DNA of 17,896 nt from a virus (IMGVR_UViG_2778261639_000005), one strand, 5' to 3'; positions 7,818-16,967 are shown, counted from the first letter of the stretch. A program made the numbers and translations. The notes: a model not told the origin generated them from the sequence alone.

Positions 7818-8957
7818 ATGGCTGGAAATACCCTGACCGGGTTGATCCCGACTATTTATACCGCCCTGGATGTTGTATCCCGTGAGCAGGTAGGTTTTAT
7901 CCCTGCGGTAGCAAAAAACGCAAAAGCTGACGCCGCAGCAAAAGATCAGACGGTAACCGCGCCAGTTGCGCCTGAGGCGAAAACCGAAGATATCGTACCG
8001 GGGCCGTCAGCTCCGAATACCGGTGATCAGAATATTGGCACTGTTGATGTAAAAATTACTAAATCCAAAATGGCACCGGTTAAATGGAATGGTGAAGAAC
8101 AACTGGCTCTTGGCCCTTCAGGGACTTACAACACCATTCTGGCTGATCAGTTCAAGCAGGCTTTTCGCGCCCTTGCAAACGAGGTTGAGGCTGATCTTGG
8201 TGCGTTGTATTTCGGTGCTTCCCGCGCCGTGGGAACCGCAGGGACAACGCCGTTTGGTGTTAAAGATGATCTTTCTGATGCTGCTCTGGCTCGTCAGGTT
8301 CTGGAGGATAACGGCGCACCGACAACCGATCTGCAGATGGTGCTTGGCTCCACTGCCATTGCTAATTTGCGCGGAAAACAGTCTGTATTGTTTAAAGTGA
8401 ATGAATCCGGCACTGAACAGCTACTGCGTGAGGGCGTGTTGGGGCGTCTGGAGGGATTCAATATTCACAGTTCGGCAGGTGTGAAACGAGCGCCAAAGGT
8501 TGCTGCAACTGGTTATCTCGTGAATGGAGAGAAAAAAGAAGGCGATGTTCTTATTTCCATTGATACTGGTTCGGGGAGTATTTCTGCAGGTCAGATTGTT
8601 ACGTTCGCTGGTGATCCGAATCAGTATGTTGTGGCAGCAGCGACCAGCAATCTGATTACTCTTGCAGCGCCCGGACTGCGTCAGGATCTGGCCGATGATA
8701 CTGCCATCACAGTTGTTGGGGCCTTTACTGCAAATATGGCGTTTGATCGCAACGCGTTTCTGCTGGTATCCCGTACTCCGGCAATGCCGGAAGGTGGCGA
8801 TAATGCTGATGATGTAATGAATGTTACGGACCCGATTTCAGGGATTACGTTCCAGATTGCACTGTATCGTCAGTATCGCCAGGTGCGCTATGAAGTTGGA
8901 CTGGCATGGGGTGTTTCATCAGTGAAGCCGGCACATGGTTGTCTGATTCTTGGTTAA
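7818..8957 (+). CDS. Major capsid (coat) protein
   Basis: 379-aa ORF with AAGGA SD (7803-7807) upstream of ATG 7818, following the scaffold gene and followed by a strong terminator, the typical arrangement for a highly expressed coat gene. The track ORF start 7725 is an upstream in-frame extension without an SD. Confidence 0.65.
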   Translation: MAGNTLTGLIPTIYTALDVVSREQVGFIPAVAKNAKADAAAKDQTVTAPVAPEAKTEDIVPGPSAPNTGDQNIGTVDVKITKSKMAPVKWNGEEQLALGPSGTYNTILADQFKQAFRALANEVEADLGALYFGASRAVGTAGTTPFGVKDDLSDAALARQVLEDNGAPTTDLQMVLGSTAIANLRGKQSVLFKVNESGTEQLLREGVLGRLEGFNIHSSAGVKRAPKVAATGYLVNGEKKEGDVLISIDTGSGSISAGQIVTFAGDPNQYVVAAATSNLITLAAPGLRQDLADDTAITVVGAFTANMAFDRNAFLLVSRTPAMPEGGDNADDVMNVTDPISGITFQIALYRQYRQVRYEVGLAWGVSSVKPAHGCLILG

Positions 8958-8966
8958 ACATTCAAA

Positions 8967-8986
8967 CGGGGCTTCGGCCCCATTTT
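8967..8986 (+). terminator. Intrinsic terminator (GC stem, UUCG loop, T5)
   Basis: GGGGC(8967-8971)-TTCG-GCCCC(8976-8980) followed by ATTTTT, 10 nt after the capsid stop TAA 8955-8957. Confidence 0.65.
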
Positions 8987-9179
8987 TAATGGGGGGCATA
9001 TGGCCGGATTAACTAAAGAGCAAAGAGCACAGCGTGAAGCCGCACAAAAAACGCAAATTGAGTTAGTGGTTATGGTGACCGATTATCAGATGTTTCCCGG
9101 CGCACCAACTATCGCTAATGTTCATCCTGATGAAGTTGACAACTGGAAGGCTATGGGCTGGAAAACTCAGGAGTAACAC

Positions 9180-9575
9180 ATGATCACTTACGTGACCTGT
9201 GATGACGTTGATAATGCGTTTGGGAACGCCTGGACGAGTGAGAACGCTAAAAATAAAGCTGTTTTAATGGCTAATGCCTGGCTTAATGGCTTCAACCTGA
9301 AAATTAACCCATCCCGTATTCCGGAAGAGGTAAAACTTGCGGGAGCATATGCAGCCAGAATTGCCTCATTCGGTAAGTTGTTTCAGCAGAAAAATGATTC
9401 TGGCGTTGTTATCAGTAAAGCCGTGTCGGCTGACGGGGTCAGTGTATCGAAATCATTTTCTGAGTTGCCAGCAAACAGCACTGCATTGCTTGAACCCGAT
9501 TTACAGCTTGCGATAGCACTGCTGAAACCGTACGGACTTAGTCGCTCACAAGTCAGGGTTGTGAGGGGGGGATAA
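9180..9575 (+). CDS. Head-tail connector / head completion protein (putative)
   Basis: 131-aa ORF with CAGGAG SD at 9167-9172 and ATG 9180; first of four tightly coupled small genes between capsid and major tail. N-terminus loosely resembles the gp6-like connector family. Confidence 0.5.
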   Translation: MITYVTCDDVDNAFGNAWTSENAKNKAVLMANAWLNGFNLKINPSRIPEEVKLAGAYAARIASFGKLFQQKNDSGVVISKAVSADGVSVSKSFSELPANSTALLEPDLQLAIALLKPYGLSRSQVRVVRGG

Positions 9576-9958
9576 TGGGGCTTCGTGAAGAGATTCAGTC
9601 AGAGGTTGCCGCTGCTTTTGATGAGGATTTAGCGGACGCCGTGAGTGATTTTTCTGGTTCTTACGTTACGCACCGGCACTGGGATCCTGTGACGGAAACT
9701 GGCGGCGAATCCACCGCAATCTATACCGGGCGAGGCGTGTTGACACGTTATAAGCTGGGCAGAATTGATGGGATTAATATTTTGCATGGTGACCTTAAAT
9801 TAACCGCTCTGGTATGCGAGGTTACGGATAAACCAGCTGTCGACCATATTATTGAGATTTATGATCCTGTATCAAGGCAGTTACAACGATACGAGGTAAT
9901 TACAGCAAGTGTAGATCCTTCCGCATCAGTTTACTCTATCCAGTTAAGGAGAGCGTAA
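9575..9958 (+). CDS. Head-tail joining / head closure protein (putative)
   Basis: ATG 9575 overlaps the upstream stop TAA 9573-9575 by 1 nt, with a G-rich SD upstream; 127 aa; position in the operon. Confidence 0.4.
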   Translation: MGLREEIQSEVAAAFDEDLADAVSDFSGSYVTHRHWDPVTETGGESTAIYTGRGVLTRYKLGRIDGINILHGDLKLTALVCEVTDKPAVDHIIEIYDPVSRQLQRYEVITASVDPSASVYSIQLRRA

Positions 9959-10339
9959 ATGGCAAAGGCATGGGATATAGAACCGTCAATATTTGCCGGG
10001 ATGATTGAGGAAGATGTAGGGCTGAAGATTCGCTACATCGCTATGCAGATTCTTACTGCTATTGATATTGCTGCTCCGGTTGATACCGGACGTTTCAGAA
10101 ATAACAACCTGGTGTCGTTACAGCATCCCGATTTTGGTATATCTGATAACGTGGATCCGAACGGTACGATTGCTGTTCAGCGTGGGATCGGGGTTATTTC
10201 GAAAGCTGCAAATTACGGGGTTATTTATATCCAGAATAACCTTCCTTATGCAGAGGCTCTTGAAAACGGTCATTCACAACAAGCGCCAACTGGCGTGTAT
10301 GCCAACGCTTTTCATGGTGTTTTACAGGCTTACAAATGA
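9959..10339 (+). CDS. Tail component protein, HK97 gp10-like
   Basis: Motif IAAPVDTGRFRNNN matches the conserved P-x-DTG-x-L/F-R-x-S/N signature of the HK97 gp10 family. AGGAGAG SD upstream; ATG immediately after the upstream stop. Confidence 0.55.
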   Translation: MAKAWDIEPSIFAGMIEEDVGLKIRYIAMQILTAIDIAAPVDTGRFRNNNLVSLQHPDFGISDNVDPNGTIAVQRGIGVISKAANYGVIYIQNNLPYAEALENGHSQQAPTGVYANAFHGVLQAYK

Positions 10340-10728
10340 AGTTTACTGAAATCAGAAATACGGTTATTTCCAGAATGACGGCACAGACGATTATTGATGG
10401 AAAAGACGTATTGTATCCGAACGGGCCAACGTTCGATCCTTCCGGTAAGTTAATCTGGGCGCGGTTAAGTAATATTCCCGGGCAGGCTGGAGTTAATGAA
10501 ATTGGCGCGGGGCCGGTTGTTTATCGCACGGGGATAATCATTATTCAGTTATTTGTCCCCGCAGGTTCTGGTTCAAAACTCATTACTGAGACAGCCGATA
10601 AATTGCGGGAACTGTTTGAGTTTCAGGATGACGATCGTCTCAGTTACCAGGCTGTTTCCTCAATAGCCGTTGGCGAAAAGAATGGCTGGTTCCAGCTTAA
10701 TCTTCAAATTCCATATCGCGCGCTCTAG
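10336..10728 (+). CDS. Tail completion / tail terminator-like protein (putative)
   Basis: 130-aa ORF with an ATGA start-stop overlap with the upstream gene; positioned just before the major tail protein. Confidence 0.4.
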   Translation: MKFTEIRNTVISRMTAQTIIDGKDVLYPNGPTFDPSGKLIWARLSNIPGQAGVNEIGAGPVVYRTGIIIIQLFVPAGSGSKLITETADKLRELFEFQDDDRLSYQAVSSIAVGEKNGWFQLNLQIPYRAL

Positions 10729-10754
10729 CGCAATTAATGACATAGGAGGCTCCT

Positions 10755-11717
10755 GTGAGTTCAGGTGCAAAGGTTATCTCGGCATTTATCCGGGAGACGG
10801 TTGCAGGCACTACGCCAGCAAGTGGTGACTGGAGTTTATTAAAACGCACAAGCTGGGGAGTAAAACCCACCCAGAATAAAGGCGAAAATAATGAGATTGG
10901 TGGCTCCCGGATGGCTCAGGGGGCGACGCCTGGCACTGTGGATGTCGGCGGTGATGTTGGTACCAAATTTCGCTGGGGTCAACATGATGATTTTCTTGCA
11001 TCCTGTTTCGGCGCGGAATGGTCAGGCGATTCTCTGACAATGGGGAATGAGCGAATAACATTTTCTCTGGCGACCTATGCGTCCGATGTCGGAATTGCCT
11101 CTGTCGTCAGAGGAGCGCAGGTTGGCTCATGGAAAATGCAGATCCCTAACGACGGCGATATTACAGCGACCGTAACCTTTGCCGGACTGGACTGGGAATC
11201 AAAGGCCGATGATACGAATTTTATCAAAGGCGAACCTGTGGATAGTGCAGGAAAGCTACGTTATTCGTTTAAGGAGGTTTCAGCAGTAAGCCTGAATGGT
11301 GTTGCCGGAGGTAACGGTTTTTGTATCGACAGTTTTGATATTCAGTTCGATAACAAACTCCAGACACAGCGTTGTATCGGGACTGGCTCGCCTTATGCAG
11401 GAGCAAATATTCCGACTACTTTTACACCGTCCGGTACGGTGACGCTTTCATGGTCTAAAGCCGCGTGGGAAATCTGGAGTAAAACACTGACTGGAGAAAC
11501 AGTTCCGTTCAGCTTCACGCTTTCGAATGGAGAGGGGGCATACACTTTCAGTTTCCCGAAGGTTCAGGTGTCAGGTGAATGGCCTGATGGGGGTAATAGC
11601 GACATTATCCAGGTTCAATTGAGCATTACCGCAGCAGATGAAGCACCTACGATAACCAGAAAAAAAAATTCCCCGGCTGCCGTGATCGCAAAAGCCAGTG
11701 CTGAGGCGATTAGTTGA
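10755..11717 (+). CDS. Major tail (tube) protein
   Basis: GTG start 10755 with GGAGG SD at 10744-10748; 320 aa, Gly/Ser/Thr-rich and beta-rich; immediately upstream of the chaperone and tape measure genes. Confidence 0.6.
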   Translation: MSSGAKVISAFIRETVAGTTPASGDWSLLKRTSWGVKPTQNKGENNEIGGSRMAQGATPGTVDVGGDVGTKFRWGQHDDFLASCFGAEWSGDSLTMGNERITFSLATYASDVGIASVVRGAQVGSWKMQIPNDGDITATVTFAGLDWESKADDTNFIKGEPVDSAGKLRYSFKEVSAVSLNGVAGGNGFCIDSFDIQFDNKLQTQRCIGTGSPYAGANIPTTFTPSGTVTLSWSKAAWEIWSKTLTGETVPFSFTLSNGEGAYTFSFPKVQVSGEWPDGGNSDIIQVQLSITAADEAPTITRKKNSPAAVIAKASAEAIS

Positions 11718-11765
11718 TTTTCCGTTATTCCTCCTGTGGTACTGCCCTACAGGGGGACGCATTGA

Positions 11766-12227
11766 ATGAGGTTATGGATGTTTATTCTTAATCAGAAAAT
11801 TATCATTGGTGGAGAACGCTGGTTTACGCCAATGAAGGACTTAAAACCTGTAGACGGGTTAAAACTGTTGGTGGCAAGCAGCGATAACGATCAGTATCGC
11901 TCCCGTAATGCATTAATCCGTCGCCACATTGAGAAAATGGATGCCAGTTTGCACGTCGGAACGAAGGAGTTTGATATTTCAAAGGTTTCCGAGGTGGATT
12001 CTGTTGATGATTTACTCATTGATAATGCCGCTCGTTATCTGCTGAAAGACTGGAAAGGGGTTGGTGAACTGGTTAATGGTGTTGAGGTTGCACTGGAATA
12101 TACGGCAGAACGAGGGATCGCGCTGCTTAAGCAGAATCCAGAGTTGTACTGGCAGATCCTTGCAGAAGCAGCCAGCATCGCCCAGGGTAAAGAGCAGCAG
12201 AAGCAGGATACGATAAAAAAGCCATAG
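11766..12227 (+). CDS. Tail assembly chaperone (G-like)
   Basis: ATG 11766 with GGGGGA SD 8 nt upstream; 153-aa acidic protein between major tail and tape measure genes; a slippery heptamer sits 4 nt before its stop TAG 12225-12227. Confidence 0.6.
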   Translation: MRLWMFILNQKIIIGGERWFTPMKDLKPVDGLKLLVASSDNDQYRSRNALIRRHIEKMDASLHVGTKEFDISKVSEVDSVDDLLIDNAARYLLKDWKGVGELVNGVEVALEYTAERGIALLKQNPELYWQILAEAASIAQGKEQQKQDTIKKP

Positions 12228-12535
12228 CTGCCCAGCGGTGGTTATCGGAGTTCGGGGGAGAAAGGGGGGAAAAGGCAAGATGGAAGCGAGAAAAACTCAG
12301 GTTGCCACCGATACCGGAACCAGAAATAGACCCGGTGCTTAAGGAGTTGTTGTACGCCTATTCGGTAATATCCCGTGCCCGACGTTATGCTGGAATGGCT
12401 GGGGTGCCTTTGCCTTTATCTCTGACAGAGATAAATGAATATTTAGCCACTCATCCGGTATTGATTGAGCGCGATGAATTTGAAGCAGTGATCTTTGCAC
12501 TGGATGACCAGTATTTTCAGGAGCAGTGTGTGTAG
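11766..12535 (+). CDS. Tail assembly chaperone frameshift fusion (GT-like), predicted -1 shift at 12215-12221
   Basis: The -1 frame is open from 12191 to the TAG at 12533-12535 and overlaps the end of the G-like ORF. The A_AAA_AAG heptamer at 12215-12221 is phased as AAA AAG in the zero frame. The track ORF 12302..12535 is the downstream part of this frame. Confidence 0.5.
12215..12221 (+). other. Programmed -1 ribosomal frameshift slippery site A_AAA_AAG
   Basis: Heptamer AAAAAAG with correct zero-frame phasing near the 3' end of the chaperone gene, and an open -1 frame downstream. Confidence 0.55.
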
Positions 12536-12655
12536 TTGTTAATTACGTACACTCTGTTACAGAGATGTGATGGTGTCTTTAATTAAATCGATGATGCTCC
12601 TGGAGAAAAGCATTGCGTGGCCTCGTAATCGCTATATCTACTATTATGTCGCCTG

Positions 12656-12680
12656 AAACCCACTTCGCGGTGGGTTTTTT
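12656..12680 (+). terminator. Terminator-like hairpin between the chaperone and tape measure genes
   Basis: AAACCCAC(12656-12663)-TTCGCG-GTGGGTTT(12670-12677) gives a perfect 8-bp stem followed by TTT, 20 nt upstream of the tape measure SD AGGAG (12687-12691). Confidence 0.55.
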
Positions 12681-12700
12681 GTTGTCAGGAGTTTTAATAA

Positions 12701-15700
12701 ATGGCAGAGCAAACCTCGCGTCTCGCAATAATTATTGATAGCACTGGAGCGAAAAATAATGCTGACAATCTGACCTCCTCATTAGTCAAAATGACGCAGG
12801 CTGGGGAAACTGCTGCAAATAGCGCAGGGAAAGTGACTAAGGCAACAGAAGATGAGAAGAACGCGCTCGCAAAATTAAAAGCAGCTATTGATCCAGTTGG
12901 TGCCGCAATTGATACTGTCGGTCGACGCTATTCTGAATTAAAGAAATTTTTCGATAAAGGGCTTATTGATAAAGAAGAATATGAATTTCTTGTCCGTAAA
13001 CTTAATGAAACCACAGAGGAATTGAGCGGGGTTGCGCAAGCGCAGAGAGAAGCCGAGAAGGCCGGAAAACTTGCTGCCGCCCAGCAGGAAGCGCAGGCTC
13101 AGGCCTTTCAAAGAATGCTGGACAAGATCGACCCTCTGGCTGCGGCGCTAAGAAATCTTGAACAACAGCATGATGAACTTAATGCTGCGTTTGCATCCGG
13201 GAAAATAAATGGTTCTCAGTTTGAGAATTATAGCCGAAAAATACAGGAAACACGGCGAGAGCTTACCGGAGAGGCTCAGGCAGAGCGAGAAGCAGCAAAA
13301 GCGCATGATGAACAGGTTGTTGCTTTGCAACGTCTGATTGCTCAACTTGATCCTGTCGGAACTGCTTTTAATCGTCTGGTAGAACAACAGAAACAGCTCA
13401 ATGAAGCAAAAGCTAAGGGGATGCTTTCTCCTGAAATGTATGAGGAGCTTTCTGGAAAACTTCGTGCTATGCGGAGTGAGCTTGAGGTTACTCAATCACA
13501 ATTAAGCAAAACCGGAATGTCGGCAAAACAAACGGCTTTTGCTATGCGCATGTTGCCTGCACAAATGACGGATATTGTTGTTGGGTTGTCCACTGGTCAG
13601 TCGCCATTTATGGTGTTAATGCAGCAGGGCGGCCAGCTAAAAGATATGTTCGGTGGGATTGGCCCGGCGATCAAAGGTGTAGGTTCTTATGTGCTGGGAT
13701 TAATTAATCCTTTTACCCTGGCCGCAGCAGCCGTTGGGGTCTTAGGACTGGCTTACTATAAAGGCTCTCAGGAGCAGGACGAATTTAATAAATCTCTTAT
13801 TCTTACCGGAAATCAGTTGGGGACAACCAGCGGGCAATTGGGCGATATAGCTCAACGTGCCGGGAATGCGGCTGATTCGACAACTGGTGCTGCGGCGGCA
13901 GTATTAAATCAGCTTGTGCGTTCGGGAAAGGTAGCGAGCAGTTCGCTGGAGCAAGTGACGACAGCGATAGTAAAAACGAGCGAAGTAACAGGAATATCAA
14001 CCGAACAACTGGTTAATGACTTCAATGAAATTGCAAAGGATCCTGTCAGTGCCATATCAAAACTTAATGATCAGTACCATTTTCTGACACTTGCGACTTA
14101 TAACCAGATTAAGGCGCTACAGGATGAAGGGAACCAGCAGGAGGCCGCCCGCATTGCGACAGAAGAATACTCATCCTCAATGATCCAGCGCACCAACCAG
14201 ATTAAAGAAAATCTTGGTTATCTTGAGACTGCATGGAAAGCTGTCGCAGACTCCGCAAAATGGGCATGGGATTCCATGCTGGATATTGGCCGTGAGGCCT
14301 CCCTTGATCAAAAAATCTCAGATGTTCTCCGTCAAATTGATGAAATAGAAAAAAATACCCGACCCGGAGTTTTCGGGTTAGGTGGCATTGGAGATGGCGG
14401 AGCTCAAAATAAAAGGCTGGCACGATTAAAGCAGCAATTGGGCGTACTTCAAGCAGAAAAAATTGCTCAGGACGTACTAAATTCATCAATAAACGATTAC
14501 AACAAGCGACAACAGGAAGGAATTGAACTCAGACAGAGAGCAGATGCCTTTTCAAAACAATATCAGACCCGGGAGCAGCAGAGAGCTAGTGAACTTGCAA
14601 AACTGGAAAAGCTAAAGAATCAGTATTCAAAGGAAGAATATAATAATCTTATCGCTCAAATAAATGAGCGTTATAAAGATCCAAAGCAACCAAAGGCGAA
14701 AGGTTATTCTGATGATGCAGCCCAACGAATGATTGATCATCTGAATCAACAGAATGCGTTACTAAGTTCACAAGCTGAGTTGACCGTTAAATTAAGTTCC
14801 TCTGAACAGGAACTGGTTAAGTGGCGTCAGCGGATTGCCGACCTAGAGTCACGACCATCAACGAAATTAACCCAGGATCAGAAATCGCTTCTCTTACACC
14901 GGGAAGAAATAACCGCGTTGATGGAGAAAAATGTTGCGATTGAAAAAAATAACAGGCTAATCAAGGAATCCGCCGAAATAACAGCATGGCGTGATTCATT
15001 GCAGGCTTCGATTGATAATCGTCAGCAGGGGTATGATATTCAGATTGCTGGTTATGGGGTTGGCGATAAAAATCAGCAACGCCAGCAGGAATTACTGCGG
15101 ATTGAACATGGATATAACAATCAGCGTCTGCAACTTGAACGTGACTATGCAGATAAATCCCGTGGAATGTCAGATCATGTTTTTCAAGAGAAAATGCAGG
15201 CTCTGAATGATGCTCTGGAACGGGAAAAAGAAATTGTCAGACAGAAAAACGAGCAGCTCGATATTCAGGCAGGAGACTGGGTTAGTGGTGCCTCCCAGGG
15301 ATTCAATAACTGGCTGGATGACACTAAGGATATCAGTGAGCAGATAAAATCAACCACGACTCAGATGTTTGATGGGATGACCGATGCGCTGGGTGATTTT
15401 GTCACGACAGGCAAGGCAAATTTTCGTTCTTTCGCTACTTCCGTGATTTCGGATCTTAGTCGAATAGCATTAAAGGCTTCAATTACTGGGATTTTCGACA
15501 GCATTAGTAACAGTTCTTCTGGGGGGATTTTAGGAACTATCGGGAGTGCTATTAGTAAATTTATTCCGAATGCAAAGGGCGGTGTTTATGAGTCTCCGTC
15601 ATTGAGCACGTATTCGAACGGTATTTATGATTCCCCGCAATTTTTTGCTTTTGCAAAAGGGGCTGGTGTTTTTGGTGAGGCTGGACCGGAAGCCATTATG

Positions 15701-15934
15701 CCATTAACACGAACTTCCGATGGTTCTCTTGGTGTCAGAGCTATTAATAGTAAAAGTGGTAATGGAGGCGGAGATATTACCTATGCCCCTGTATACCAAA
15801 TCACTATTCAAAATGACGGCCAGAATGGAGAGATTGGCCCTCAGGCAATAAAAGCACTTATGGGGATGGTTGATCAGCGGGTGCAGGGCAATCTGTTAAA
15901 TATGCGACGTGATGGGGGAATGTTAAGTGGCTAA
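12701..15934 (+). CDS. Tail tape measure protein (lambda H-like, 1077 aa)
   Basis: Long coiled-coil N-terminal half, central hydrophobic segment [39 protein letters not shown], and C-terminal [16 protein letters not shown]...RRDGGMLSG, which resemble lambda gpH as I recall it. Sits after the chaperone pair and before the M-like gene. Confidence 0.9.
12863..13510 (+). repeat. Three tandem protein-level repeats of about 65-75 aa in the tape measure N-terminal region
   Basis: Repeated pattern (I/L)DP(V/L)(G/A)...EL(S/T)G(V/E)AQA(Q/E)REA(E/A)KA at roughly aa 57-121, 137-201 and 209-270 of the tape measure protein. Confidence 0.5.
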
Positions 15935-16265
15935 TACGGAAGAATTTCACTGGTTACCAGAGGATGGAATGAAAACAGAAAATAAACCATCGATAAAAAC
16001 TGTAAGATTTGGTGATGGTTATGAGCAACGAAGTCCAAATGGACTTAATCATTCTCTGCGCGTTTTCACCTGTGATTTCAAAGTTGAGGCGAATGAACGT
16101 GATTCATTTGAAAAATTTTTAGCCCGGCATGAAGGCTATAAATCTTTTTTTTGGCGCCCGCCGGGTATTAACAGAAAAATCAGAGTGGTGTGTCGAACGT
16201 GGTCAGCGACAGAACATATCACCTATACCGATTTTTCGTGTCAGTTTGACGAAGTGGTGATCTGA
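15927..16265 (+). CDS. M: Minor tail protein M (lambda gpM-like)
   Basis: Motif [16 protein letters not shown] and ...KSFFWRPP...FDEVV match lambda M as recalled (VRFGDGYSQRAPAGLN ... KSFLWTPP ... FEQVV). GTG start overlaps the tape measure stop by 8 nt. 112 aa. Confidence 0.85.
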
Positions 16266-16963
16266 TGCAGGACATACAACAGGAAACGCTGAATGAATGC
16301 ATTCGTGCGGAGCAGTCGGCCAGCGTGGTGCTCTGGGAAATCGACCTGACCGAGGTAGGCGGGGATCGCTACTTTTTCTGCAATGAGCAGAACGAGAAAG
16401 GAGAGTCTGTCACCTGGCAGAGTCGGCAGTATCAGGCCTATCCCATTCAGGGGCGTGGATTTGAGATGAACGGCAAAGGTGCCAGTGCAAGGCCAACGCT
16501 GAAAGTCTCTAATCTGCACGGCATGGTCACCGGGATGGCGGAAGACCTGCAGAGTCTGGTCGGCGGAACGGTGGTCAGGCGTAAGGTTTACGCCCGTTTT
16601 CTGGATGCGGTGAACTTCGTCAACGGAAACAGTGACGCCGATCCGGAGCAGGAGGTGATCAGCCGCTGGCGTATTGAGCAGTGCAGCGAACTGAGCGCGG
16701 TCAGTGCCTCCTTTGTACTGTCCACGCCGACGGAAACGGACGGCGCTGTTTTTCCGGGGCGCATCATGCTTGCTAATACCTGCACCTGGACCTATCGCGG
16801 TGATGAGTGCGGTTATCACGGTCCGGCGGTCGCGGATGAATATGACCAGCCAACGTCCGATATCACGAAGGATAAATGCAGCAAATGCCTGAGCGGCTGT
16901 AAGTTTCGCAATAACGTCGGCAACTTTGGCGGCTTCCTTTCCATTAACAAACTTTCGCAGTAA
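16265..16963 (+). CDS. L: Minor tail protein L (lambda gpL-like)
   Basis: [33 protein letters not shown]... and the C-terminal Cys cluster CTWTYRGDECGYHGP...CSKCLSGC closely resemble lambda L. ATG overlaps the M stop by 1 nt. Confidence 0.95.
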   Translation: MQDIQQETLNECIRAEQSASVVLWEIDLTEVGGDRYFFCNEQNEKGESVTWQSRQYQAYPIQGRGFEMNGKGASARPTLKVSNLHGMVTGMAEDLQSLVGGTVVRRKVYARFLDAVNFVNGNSDADPEQEVISRWRIEQCSELSAVSASFVLSTPTETDGAVFPGRIMLANTCTWTYRGDECGYHGPAVADEYDQPTSDITKDKCSKCLSGCKFRNNVGNFGGFLSINKLSQ

Positions 16964-16967
16964 ACCC

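Noticed and set aside
11660-11668. A9 tract as a programmed frameshift site in the major tail gene
   Set aside because: Both the -1 and +1 frames hit stop codons within about 15 codons (TGA at 11702-11704 and 11683-11685), so no extended product is possible.
11718-11765. Possible hairpin CCTGT...ACAGG between the major tail and chaperone genes
   Set aside because: Only a 5-bp stem with a 13-nt loop and no following T-run; too weak to call a terminator or regulatory element.
13148-13495. Minus-strand 115-aa ORF inside the tape measure gene
   Set aside because: Antisense to the AT-rich tape measure repeat region, with a Leu/Phe/Ser-rich translation typical of antisense reading of coiled-coil codons.
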